A DNA stretch of 50,517 nucleotides from a bacterium (GTDB taxonomy: Bacteria; Desulfobacterota; DSWW01): positions 1 through 50,517 of the forward strand of contig JBFLZG010000133.1 in the NCBI GenBank assembly GCA_040756235.1. Reading direction: 5' to 3'. The notes under the pieces are model-generated. The model ran no database searches, was not told the origin of the DNA, and saw only the letters and a list, made by a program, of their open reading frames with translations. Both the position numbers and the translations under genes were made by a program. Shown here in pieces: positions 19,235-28,417 of this stretch. Each line of letters begins with the position of its first letter. Within the stretch, counting starts at the first letter, position 1.

Positions 19235-19921
19235 TCAAATGACGAGGCGGGTGAGCGGACAATGCGCATGGTCGTGAGGCCGAGCCGGGCAATAGGTCCT
19301 TCCGTAGAAGATCAGCCGCAGGCTGAACCCGATCCACTCGCTTCGCGGGACGATCCGCATCAGGTCCTGCTCGATCTTGATGGGGTCGGTGTGGTCGGTG
19401 AGACCCAGGAGCCTCGAGAGCCTCCTCACGTGGGTATCGACCGCGATCCCGCTGGCGACCCCGAAGGCCTGGCCCAGCACGACGTTCGCGGTCTTGCGGG
19501 CGACCCCGGGGAGGCCGAGGAGCTCTTCCATCGTGGACGGCACTTGCCCGCCGTATCTGTCCCGCACGATCCTGGCGCTCGCCACGATGTTCTTTGCCTT
19601 GTTGCGGTAGAAGCCCGTGGCGCGGATGTCCTCGGCAAGGGCTTCCGAGTCCGCCCGGGCGTAATCGTTGAGGACCCTGTACTTGCGGAACAGCGTCGCG
19701 ACCACCTGATTGACCATCTTGTCCGTGCACCGGGCCGAGAGGATCACTGCGACGAGCAGTTCCCACGGAGTCGCATGGCGGAGGGGCGGCCGCACCTCGG
19801 GGAAGAGGCGCTTGAGCTCACGGATGACGATGCGTGCCTTCCTCTTCCGTGCCGCAAGGACGGGTGAGCCCGCGGAGTCCGGCCGTTTTCGGAGCGCTCG
19901 CTCCTCACGCATCCTCTGCAT
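19235..19921 (-). CDS. nth: Endonuclease III (HhH-GPD glycosylase) lacking the canonical four-Cys Fe-S motif
   Basis: LLVAVILSA, GFYRNKAKNI, LPGVARKTA, VDTHVRR; C-terminus YCPARPHDHAHCP; start 19921 or 19912. Confidence 0.9.
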   Translation of the reverse strand: MQRMREERALRKRPDSAGSPVLAARKRKARIVIRELKRLFPEVRPPLRHATPWELLVAVILSARCTDKMVNQVVATLFRKYRVLNDYARADSEALAEDIRATGFYRNKAKNIVASARIVRDRYGGQVPSTMEELLGLPGVARKTANVVLGQAFGVASGIAVDTHVRRLSRLLGLTDHTDPIKIEQDLMRIVPRSEWIGFSLRLIFYGRTYCPARPHDHAHCPLTRLVI

Positions 19922-20228
19922 CCTTGCCTGTCCCTCCCCTGTCCAGCACCACGAGCGTTGCGCCCCACCCCCCCGCGTCTTCGCCTGCCAGCCGGAAGGA
20001 CCGGACTCCGGGTAGGCGCCCGAGCACCGCGTGCACGGTCCTGCGCAAGGCCCCCGTACCCTTCCCGTGGATGATGCGCACCTCCAGGATCCCCTTCTCG
20101 CGGCACGCGGCAAGATAGTCCGAGACGAGATCTGTCACCTCCTGCGGCCGGAAGGTGTGGAGGTCCAGCGTGTCGTCGATCGGCAGCTCCAGGGGTTCCT
20201 GCTCGGGTCCGCTCTCAGGATCCTTCAT
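19905..20228 (-). CDS. Stand-alone Smr/MutS2 domain protein
   Basis: LDLHTF, VRIIHGKGTGAL, GGWGATLV. Confidence 0.9.
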   Translation of the reverse strand: MKDPESGPEQEPLELPIDDTLDLHTFRPQEVTDLVSDYLAACREKGILEVRIIHGKGTGALRRTVHAVLGRLPGVRSFRLAGEDAGGWGATLVVLDRGGTGKDAEDA

Positions 20229-20520
20229 GCTGCGTCCCCTCCCGTTCCCTTCCATGGCGTCGAGGATGCCGCACGCCCCGGCGGCGCCGCCAAAAAAGCG
20301 CCCGTGACTTGAACTTTTTTCGCAACCGGTGCGGAGGGTGAGCCCCCGTCCCATACCCCTCAAGTAAGGAATATAAGCGAGAATGGAGCATCGGGTCCAT
20401 CGCTGCGGCTGAAAGCCGCGTGGCACCCCCCTTGCTAGAGGCCGTTGAAAGAGACACGCCGGCCTGCCCCGGGACCCTCGAGGAGAGGTTGCTCGCACCC
20501 CGTCCGTCACGGAGAAGCCC

Positions 20521-23500
20521 ATGAGGAATCCCATTGCAGTCGCGCTGTGCGGTGCCCTTCTCGCCTCCATGGTCCCGCTTGCGGCGGGAGCGGGCCAGAT
20601 CGCCAGCCCGGACCACCCGGCGCTCGACGGCGCGACCGTCGTCGATTTCGAGGACCAGACACCGGGGTCCTTCTACTCGGGCGCCGTCTGGGATGTGGCG
20701 GAAGGCGTCGACTTCTACTTCTGGCACGGCGGCAGCCTCGGGATGGCCGAGTTCAACAACGACCTGAGCGGCCAGTACAACATGACCGGCGTCTACTTCG
20801 ACAACATCGGTATCGGGATCCGGACCCTGCGGATCTGGTTCGACCGGCCGGTTTCGGCGTTCGGGTTCAACCTCGGCGGCACCCACGCGGACTGGACCCT
20901 GATGGCGTACGGCTGCTGCACCTGCTGCGGCCCCCAGGAGAGCTGGACGCTGCCTCACACGGAGGACGGCAACGCAGGCGATTTCTTCGGCTTCGAGTCG
21001 GGCGGGCGTCCGCTCCGGTATGTCGAGCTCATCTGCGGTTCCGACGACCAGCTCTATCTCGACAACCTCACCTTCAAACCGTTTTCCTATGCGGATTACG
21101 AGATCACCCATCTCCTCGTGAACAACTCGGTCAGCCACCCGCTCTCCCAGGACGAGATCGTGCGGCTCCAGATCGGCGACGTGATCCAGTTCGTGGGCCA
21201 GGCCGAGCCCGACGAGACCTTCTACATCTGGGTCGAAGAACCGTTCAACGTGAACCTCAGGCGGCCGGGAGGGTTCGACTGGAACATGCAGGAGGTGACG
21301 ACCGACGAGGAAGGACGGTTCTACTACCCTGCCACCTATGCGGAGGCGGAAGGGTACGCCCTGGCGGAGAAGGCCAACCACATGTTCTTCTTCGACGGCG
21401 GTCAGAGGTTCGGCGTCACGAACCGGGACTACGCCGCGGAAGCGAATGCATTCGTCTCCCCGGTCGATCTGAAGATCGTGGATCTGGCGGATCCGGTGCC
21501 GATGAATGAGGTTCCCTATGACGAGGACCTCCAGTACTACATGCAGCACTATCAGGACGCGAACAACGGGGACGACCAGTTCGACTGGACCTATTACATG
21601 CAGGCGGTCTGGGCCGGGTACATTTCCCGGGGCTACGAGAAGATGAGCGGGATGGCCAAGGAGCACTTCCTCCAGAGCTTCGAGGAAGGCTCGCTGGCCC
21701 ACGACCTCGTCTCCTACGGGAATCAGACAATCCTCTGCGCCACCGGGATCGCCAACTCGGAGTGCGCGGGGGGCCTCACGACCCCGACCGCGGCGGCCTC
21801 GTGCATGCGCCTGGGCATGCGCCTGGCCGAGGCCGTCCCGCCGGAGACGATCGACGCGTACGAAGCAGCCGGAGATCTCACCGCCGAGGCCGCGGACCTC
21901 TGGAAGAGCAAGCCGTACGCCGTGTACGGCATCGTGAGCTTCTCCGTGCGCGAGCCGACGCTCATGTTCGGCAGGTTCAACACCATCCCGGAATACCTCT
22001 CGTACATCTTCCAGGATCCCGAGGCGGCGATCGCCAACGGGTCCTTTGTGGATGGAGTCAAGGAAACGAGCGCGAACGGGACCGAGTACATCTATTCTCG
22101 CTGGGATTGTATGCTGGCAGACGAAATCCGCATCGTGGTCGTCCCGACCGAAGCACCGATTCCCCTCACCGGGTACTTGCCCGACCCCGGCGCCTACGGC
22201 AAGATCCGCGAGGGCGACCAGTCCCACGTGAACGAGGTGAAGTACACCTCCGAGGGGCTTCCCGGGGACGTCACCGTCCGGTACCAGGTCTGGGACGTGG
22301 ACTTCAACGACGAAATCAGAGTCTTTCTCAACGGGGAGCCGGTGGCCTACGCCGCGAGGACCGCCAACGAGACCTGGAGCGAGACCCGCTACCTGGTCCT
22401 GGCGGACGCGGCCGTCCTCGATTCCGGCACGAACGTGCTCACCTTCAAGAACACCCATAACCCTCCCAATACCTTTCTCTGGGGGGTGCGCACCGTCGGG
22501 CTCTATCACGACTGCGCGGGCTGCCTGCCGCTGCCCGACGGGGCCGCCCGCGGGATGATCAAAGGGGTCGACGTCACGCACCCGAACGAGGTGGACTACA
22601 GCTTCGAGGGTCTTGCCGGAGACGTGACCATCGAGTACGAGGTCTACGACATCGACTTCAACGCCGAGGTCGAGATCCTCGTCAACGGCATCCGCGTCGG
22701 GTACGCAGCGAGGACGGCCGACCTGAGCTGGAGCGGGGCGCGCACGATCGTCTTGCCGGACGCGGCCGTCCTCGACTCGGGCACGAACGTCCTCACCTTT
22801 GACAACACCTACAACCCGCCCAGGATTTTCGTTTGGGGTGTAAGGGGCGTCTCGGTCCGGATCTGCCCGGAGTGCATCGAGCTCTCGGAAGCGGACGATG
22901 CCTACGGCCGGATCACGGGCGGCGACCAAACGCACGTGGACAAGGTCGAGTACAGCTTCGAGGGCCAGCCGGGAGACGCGACCGTCGAGTACGAGGTCTG
23001 GGACGTTGATTTCAATGACGAGGTCGAGATCCTCGTCAATGGGAGCCACTTCGCGTACGCGGCCAAGACGGCCAGTGAAACCTGGAGCGGGGCACGCACG
23101 ATCGTCCTGCCCGATGCGGCGGTCCTCGACTCGGGCACCAACGTCCTCACCTTCGACAACACCTACAACCCGCCCAAGACCTTCGTCTGGGGCGTCCGAA
23201 ACGTGTCGGTCGACCAGTGCCCGGACTGCATCGCCCTGCCCGCCTCGGGCGCCTACGGCCGGATCGCAGGCGGAGACCAGGGGCACGTGAACGAGGTCAA
23301 GTACAAATTCGAAGGCGTCCGGGGCAATGTCAGCCTGAAGTTCGAGGTCTGGGACGTGGACTTCAACGATGAAGTCGAGATCCTCATCAACGGGAGCCAC
23401 GCAGCCTACGCGGCCAAGACGGCCAACGACAGCTGGGGCGCGACCTGCACGCTCGCGCTGCCGGATGCGGCCGTCGTCGACTCGGGCACCAACGTCCTCA

Positions 23501-23574
23501 CCTTCGACAACACCTACAACCCGCCCAAGACCTTCGTCTGGGGCGTCCGAAACATGTCGGTCTCGTCACCGTAG
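20521..23574 (+). CDS. Large secreted protein with four C-terminal ~118-aa repeats
   Basis: N-terminal signal-peptide-like stretch; repeat motifs DVDFNDE and DSGTNVLTF recur at 354/354/351-bp spacing; GC3-rich codons. Confidence 0.85.
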   Translation: MRNPIAVALCGALLASMVPLAAGAGQIASPDHPALDGATVVDFEDQTPGSFYSGAVWDVAEGVDFYFWHGGSLGMAEFNNDLSGQYNMTGVYFDNIGIGIRTLRIWFDRPVSAFGFNLGGTHADWTLMAYGCCTCCGPQESWTLPHTEDGNAGDFFGFESGGRPLRYVELICGSDDQLYLDNLTFKPFSYADYEITHLLVNNSVSHPLSQDEIVRLQIGDVIQFVGQAEPDETFYIWVEEPFNVNLRRPGGFDWNMQEVTTDEEGRFYYPATYAEAEGYALAEKANHMFFFDGGQRFGVTNRDYAAEANAFVSPVDLKIVDLADPVPMNEVPYDEDLQYYMQHYQDANNGDDQFDWTYYMQAVWAGYISRGYEKMSGMAKEHFLQSFEEGSLAHDLVSYGNQTILCATGIANSECAGGLTTPTAAASCMRLGMRLAEAVPPETIDAYEAAGDLTAEAADLWKSKPYAVYGIVSFSVREPTLMFGRFNTIPEYLSYIFQDPEAAIANGSFVDGVKETSANGTEYIYSRWDCMLADEIRIVVVPTEAPIPLTGYLPDPGAYGKIREGDQSHVNEVKYTSEGLPGDVTVRYQVWDVDFNDEIRVFLNGEPVAYAARTANETWSETRYLVLADAAVLDSGTNVLTFKNTHNPPNTFLWGVRTVGLYHDCAGCLPLPDGAARGMIKGVDVTHPNEVDYSFEGLAGDVTIEYEVYDIDFNAEVEILVNGIRVGYAARTADLSWSGARTIVLPDAAVLDSGTNVLTFDNTYNPPRIFVWGVRGVSVRICPECIELSEADDAYGRITGGDQTHVDKVEYSFEGQPGDATVEYEVWDVDFNDEVEILVNGSHFAYAAKTASETWSGARTIVLPDAAVLDSGTNVLTFDNTYNPPKTFVWGVRNVSVDQCPDCIALPASGAYGRIAGGDQGHVNEVKYKFEGVRGNVSLKFEVWDVDFNDEVEILINGSHAAYAAKTANDSWGATCTLALPDAAVVDSGTNVLTFDNTYNPPKTFVWGVRNMSVSSP

Positions 23575-23591
23575 CAGCGCACAATGAAATG

Positions 23592-24121
23592 CCCTCTCCC
23601 CCGTGCACGGGGGACAGGGCCAGGGTGAGGGGGAAGACAGCGAGCAGGTTCACCCCTCATCCCGACCTTCTCCCCTCGGTTAGGGGAGAAGGTGGAAAAT
23701 CTCGCCGCCTTTCCCGCCTTCGCCAGGGCTTGCAGGGGTGCTGCTTGCTGCCGCCTGGTCTCATCCTGGCCCATGTGCGGAGCGCGTGCGAGCCGAGATC
23801 CAGGAGGTTCCATCAGGCAAGGGCGACCGCCGGTCGCCCCTATGAATCACGGGTATCAGGGACTGGATTCCGGCCTGCGCCGGAATGACGGGAAAGAGCG
23901 AGACCTCGTGGGGTGCTGCTCGCTGCCGCCCGTCCCGGGGATCCGACGGATTACTCTTGCAGGGGCGACGCTTGCGTCGCCCTGTCCGCAGGCTGCATCA
24001 TCAGCCTCCGGAGCCAGAGGAAGCAAAGGTGCGGGCACGGCATCGGGCAGGGCAAGCCCTGCGTTGGCGCCGAAGGCTGGCAGGCCGACTCTTGTAAGGG
24101 CGACGCATGCGTCGCCCTTAC
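23592..24121. repeat. Cluster of palindromic repeats between convergent genes
   Basis: Family C 23592-23692; TIR-less family-A core 23758-23890 with nested REP 23821-23842; REP 23959-23982; perfect 28-bp palindrome 24094-24121. Confidence 0.8.
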
Positions 24122-25800
24122 GCCAGCCTGGGCGTCGAGCGCGCGATGATCGCGTCGAAGTCGGTCCCCGAGGGAAGGGTTCCGAAGACGAGGCCCTGGT
24201 CCCGGCAGATCCGGGCGGCGCAGAAGGCGTCGGCGACCGCGGCCGGTGCGTGGCGGACCAGGACAGAGGCCTGCAGGGCCAGGGCCATCCATTCCACGAT
24301 GCGGCGGGCGCCGGCCTCGACTCCCGGGAGGTCGCACAGCTCCCTCTCGATCTTCCGGCAGAGGGCATCCAACTCGCGGCAAGGCCCGCGGGCCGGCCGG
24401 ACCTCCTCGAGAAACGCGTCCACTGTCTCCGGGTCCCTCCGGATGGTCCGCAGCACGTCCAGGCACTGGATGTTTCCCGAGCCTTCCCAGATCGAGTTGA
24501 GCGGCACGTCCCGGTAGAGCCTGGCCATGGGGAACTCCTCCACGTAGCCGTTGCCGCCGATCACCTCGAGCGCCTCGGCCACGGCCGCGATTGCCCGCCT
24601 GGTGACCCAGTACTTGAGGACCGCCGTGGCCAGCCGGCTGAGCTTCTTCTCCCTCTCGTCGGAGGCTGCCTCGTCGTAGCTTCGCGCCAGGCGCAGAGCC
24701 GCTGCGGTCGCCGCCTCGGACTCCAGGCACAGGTCGGCCAGCACGTTCTTCATGAGAGGCTGATCGGCCAGCTGCCTGCTGAAAGCGAACCTGCGCGCCG
24801 CATAGTGGGTCGCCTCGGCCACGGCCCGCCGCAGGGTGGCCGCCGAGCCGAGCACGCAGTCAAGCCGCGTGTGGCGCACCATTTCGATGATGGTCGCCAC
24901 CCCCCTTCCCTCCTCGCCGACCAGCCGGCACCACGCCCCCTGAAATTCGACCTCGCTCGAAGCGTTCGAACGGTTGCCGAGCTTGTCCTTCAGGCGAACG
25001 ATGTGAAAGGCGTTGCGGGTCCCGTCGGGGTTCCATCTCGGCAGGAGAAAGCAGGAGAGTCCGCCCTCGGCCTGGGCCAGCACGAGGAAGGCGTCGCACA
25101 TGGGCGCCGAGCAGAACCACTTGTGCCCCGTGATCTGGTATGCTTCGCCCGGCCCTCTCCTGCCGGTCGGGCGAGCCCTCGAGAGGTTGGCGCGCACGTC
25201 GCTCCCGCCCTGGCGCTCGGTCATCGCCATCCCGATCAGGAGGCCCTTCTTCTCGGGCGCCGGGATGAACCGCGGGTCGTACTCGTTCGCCAGCAGCCCG
25301 GGCTCCCATTCGTCCGCAAGCTCCGGTTGGACGCGCAGCGAAGGAACCGAGGCAAAGGTCATGCTCAAGGGACAGCCGGTCCCCTCGTCCAGCTGGTGCC
25401 GCAGCATGGTCAGCACCGCCCGGGCAACGTAGGCGCCGGGGCGCTGCACGGTCCACGGCAGCGAGTGAACCCCTCGCTCGATGCCGAGGCGCATCAGCTC
25501 GTGCCAGGCGGGATGGAACTCCACCTCGTCGATGCGGCGGCCGTTGCGGTCATGGGTCCGCAGGACGGGCGCACACCGGTTCGCGAGCTCTCCCAGACGC
25601 AGCGTCGCGGCGCGCCCCAGCACTTCGCCGAAGGAGGAGGCCTCCTTCTCGATCCAGGCGCCGCCTTCCCGGCGCAGAGCCTCCCGCAGGGGCAGGTCCT
25701 GCTCGAAGAGATTGTACTCCTCGAGCGGGGGAGGCTGGTTGAACGGTTCCCAATCTTCCGGTCCAGGACTTTCGGCGGCTTTCAAGGCTCTCTCCCGCAT
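24118..25800 (-). CDS. aidB: AidB-like acyl-CoA dehydrogenase
   Basis: FNQPPPLEEYNLF, EVEFHPAWHELM, CPLSMT, GMAMTERQGGSDV, GHKWFCSAP, LKDKLGNRSNASSE, IWEGSGNI. Confidence 0.88.
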   Translation of the reverse strand: MRERALKAAESPGPEDWEPFNQPPPLEEYNLFEQDLPLREALRREGGAWIEKEASSFGEVLGRAATLRLGELANRCAPVLRTHDRNGRRIDEVEFHPAWHELMRLGIERGVHSLPWTVQRPGAYVARAVLTMLRHQLDEGTGCPLSMTFASVPSLRVQPELADEWEPGLLANEYDPRFIPAPEKKGLLIGMAMTERQGGSDVRANLSRARPTGRRGPGEAYQITGHKWFCSAPMCDAFLVLAQAEGGLSCFLLPRWNPDGTRNAFHIVRLKDKLGNRSNASSEVEFQGAWCRLVGEEGRGVATIIEMVRHTRLDCVLGSAATLRRAVAEATHYAARRFAFSRQLADQPLMKNVLADLCLESEAATAAALRLARSYDEAASDEREKKLSRLATAVLKYWVTRRAIAAVAEALEVIGGNGYVEEFPMARLYRDVPLNSIWEGSGNIQCLDVLRTIRRDPETVDAFLEEVRPARGPCRELDALCRKIERELCDLPGVEAGARRIVEWMALALQASVLVRHAPAAVADAFCAARICRDQGLVFGTLPSGTDFDAIIARSTPRLA

Positions 25801-26063
25801 GAAGGCGGGCGCGCGCCGCGCCCGCCCGGGCACGCCCGCTCTTTGGATGTGCGGGTTGCGCGGGTGGGTTCGGGATGGGGAAACGTCTCCAGCGCTCGGC
25901 TCATCCCATCTCGTGAAGGCGCCGAACGCGGCCGGCGCTATCATGCCTTGTCATCCCGGCCGGCGCTTCGCCGGCCTTGCAGGGGCGCTGCTTGCTGCGC
26001 CCGTCCCGGGACCCGGAAGCCTGCATCAAGGACGCAGGGTGCAGGAACTGGATTCCGGCCTGC

Positions 26064-26278
26064 GAGGCTGTGTCATATTTCGTCATCCCGGCCCATGTGC
26101 GAAGCGCGTGAGAGCCGGGATCCAGAAGGGTGCAACAAGACCAGCTGTGGCAACTGGGCGCAGGGGGGGGCTGGATTCCGGCCTGCGCCGGAATGACGGA
26201 AGTCATGCGGCCGCGCCTCCGAGTCCTTCCGGAATGAGTGGTCGCACGAGCGTCTGACCGGATTCATGACACAGCCTC
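26064..26278. mobile_element. MITE family A, copy 2, inserted in a REP hairpin loop
   Basis: TIRs GAGGCTGTGTCAT/ATGACACAGCCTC; CTGC duplicated at 26060-26063 and 26279-26282; removing it restores CTGGATTCCGGC-CTGC-GCCGGAATGAC. Confidence 0.88.
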
Positions 26279-26387
26279 CTGCGCCGGAATGACGGAGTCG
26301 GCGGCGCGGCTATCGATCTGCTCTCTACCAGCCGGTAGGGGCGAAAAATGTCTCGCCTCTACTCGAACAATCGCGAGGTCAAGGACC

Positions 26388-28061
26388 ATGGGACTTCCTG
26401 CCAAATCGAAGACACGACAATCCCGTAGGGGACTGCGCGGGATCTCGGGGGTTCCGGACGATACCCGGCGCATCCGGCGCGCGGAGACGCTCTCGGGCAT
26501 ACCGCTCGACCTGGTGTACGGCCCGGAGGGCGCGGGCCTTGGCCTTCCGCCGCCCAGGATCGGACGTCCCGGCCATTATCCCTTCACGCGAGGCATCCAC
26601 GAGGACATGTACCGGGGCAGGCTCTGGACCATGCGCATGTTCGCCGGGTTCGGCTCTCCGGAGGACACGAACCGGCGCTTTCGCTTCCTCCTGGACAAGG
26701 GGCAGACCGGACTCTCGACGGCGTTCGACATGCCCACTCTCATGGGCTACGATCCCGACGACCCTCGGGCCGCCGGCGAGGTCGGCGTCGAGGGCGTCAG
26801 CGTGGCGAGCGTCCAAGACATGGCCCGGCTGTTCGAGGGCATTCCCCTGGACCGGGTCACGACTTCAATGACCATCAACGCGCCGGCCGTGGTGATGCTC
26901 GCCTTCTACGTGGCCGCGGCCGAAAGCCAGGGGATCGAGGCCGGCCGCCTGCGCGGAACCCTGCAGAACGACATCCTCAAGGAGTTCATCGCGCAGAAGG
27001 AATGGATCTCCCCGGTCGGGCCCTCCATGCGCATCATCCGCGACATGCTCGTCTGGTGCACGCAACACATGCCGGAGTGGAACACCATCAGCATCAGCGG
27101 CTATCACATCCGCGAGGCCGGCGCCGACGCCGTCCAGGAGCTCGCCTTCACGCTCGCGGACGGCATCGCCTACGTCCGGACCGGAATCGAAGCCGGCCTG
27201 GACGTCGATCGCTTCGGCCGGCGCCTCTCCTTCTTCTTCGATGTGCACAACGACTTCTTCGAAGAGATCGCCAAGCTGCGGGCGGCCCGGAGGATGTGGG
27301 CGCGGATCATGAAGGAGCGGTTCGGCGCCCGGAGCGAGGCTGCCATGCGGCTGCGCACGCACGCCCAGACCGCCGGCGTCTCCCTCACGGCGCAACAGCC
27401 GTTGAACAACGTGGCGCGCGTCGCCATCCAGGCGCTCGCGGCGGTCCTTGGGGGGACCCAGTCCCTCCACACCAACTCCATGGACGAGACCTACGCGCTT
27501 CCCACGGAAGAGGCTGCCACGGTGGCCCTGCGCACCCAGCAGGTCATCGCGTTCGAGAGCGGAGCGGCCAGAGTGGTCGATCCCCTGGGCGGATCCTGGT
27601 TCGTGGAAAAGCTCACCGATGAGATCGAAAAGCGCGCCCAGACCCTCCTCGACCGGATCGACGCCATGGGAGGCATGGTCCGGGCGATCGAGGCGGGCTA
27701 CCCTCAGACCGAGATCGCCGACACCGCCTACGAGCACCAGAGAAGGCTCGAGACCGGGGACGAAGTGATGATCGGCGTGAACCGGTTCGCCGAAGGCGAG
27801 GAGCAGGTTTCCATACCGCTGCGGGGGACCGACCCTTCGGTCGAGCGGTGCCAGCGCGACCGGGTCCGGGAGCTTCGCCGCCGCCGCGACGCCGCGGCTG
27901 TCAGGAGCGCGCTGGAAGCCGTGCGAGACGCTGCCGCGTCGGAGCGGGAGAACCTCGTGCCCCCGATCCTGGAGGCGGTACGGTCCCTCGCGACGCTGGG
28001 CGAGATCTGCGCCGTCTTTCGCCGCGTGTTCGGCGAGTACCGGGACCCCGGGTATTATTAA
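26388..28061 (+). CDS. icmA: B12-dependent acyl-CoA mutase large (substrate-binding) subunit, isobutyryl-CoA-mutase-like
   Basis: [50 protein letters not shown]; no C-terminal DxHxxG B12 domain. Confidence 0.8.
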   Translation: MGLPAKSKTRQSRRGLRGISGVPDDTRRIRRAETLSGIPLDLVYGPEGAGLGLPPPRIGRPGHYPFTRGIHEDMYRGRLWTMRMFAGFGSPEDTNRRFRFLLDKGQTGLSTAFDMPTLMGYDPDDPRAAGEVGVEGVSVASVQDMARLFEGIPLDRVTTSMTINAPAVVMLAFYVAAAESQGIEAGRLRGTLQNDILKEFIAQKEWISPVGPSMRIIRDMLVWCTQHMPEWNTISISGYHIREAGADAVQELAFTLADGIAYVRTGIEAGLDVDRFGRRLSFFFDVHNDFFEEIAKLRAARRMWARIMKERFGARSEAAMRLRTHAQTAGVSLTAQQPLNNVARVAIQALAAVLGGTQSLHTNSMDETYALPTEEAATVALRTQQVIAFESGAARVVDPLGGSWFVEKLTDEIEKRAQTLLDRIDAMGGMVRAIEAGYPQTEIADTAYEHQRRLETGDEVMIGVNRFAEGEEQVSIPLRGTDPSVERCQRDRVRELRRRRDAAAVRSALEAVRDAAASERENLVPPILEAVRSLATLGEICAVFRRVFGEYRDPGYY

Positions 28062-28093
28062 TGCAAACGCATCTGGCGGTGAGACAAGGATCA

Positions 28094-28190
28094 CCCCTCA
28101 CCTTGATCCTCTCCCCTCGGCGAGGGGAGAGGAAAGAGTCGACCAGGCTTTACCCTCGCCCCCTTGGGGGAGAGGGCCAGGGTGAGGGGG
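28094..28190. repeat. Family-C palindromic repeat
   Basis: CCCCTCACC..CTCTCCCCTCGGCGAGGGGAGAGG..GGGTGAGGGG. Confidence 0.75.
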
Positions 28191-28417
28191 CCGCAGCAGA
28201 GTGTAACATCTGCATGCGCTGGTATTAGGGGATTCGCTGGCTTGCCAAATCTGCAGGCGCGCGCTACACCCGAATCCCGGGTCCAGCGTTTCGCGCAACG
28301 AGCGTCCTAGAACGGCTTTTCCGGGGCGAATCTTTACATCAACATTCCTCATCTGGATATGGATCCGGGCCTGTTCGGAGGGCGCTGGATCCCCTTTGCA
28401 TTGCTCGGCAGGGATAC

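Noticed and set aside
22168..23574. CRISPR array or diversity-generating retroelement
   Set aside because: The repeats are in-frame protein domains about 354 bp long; no spacers, cas genes or reverse transcriptase.
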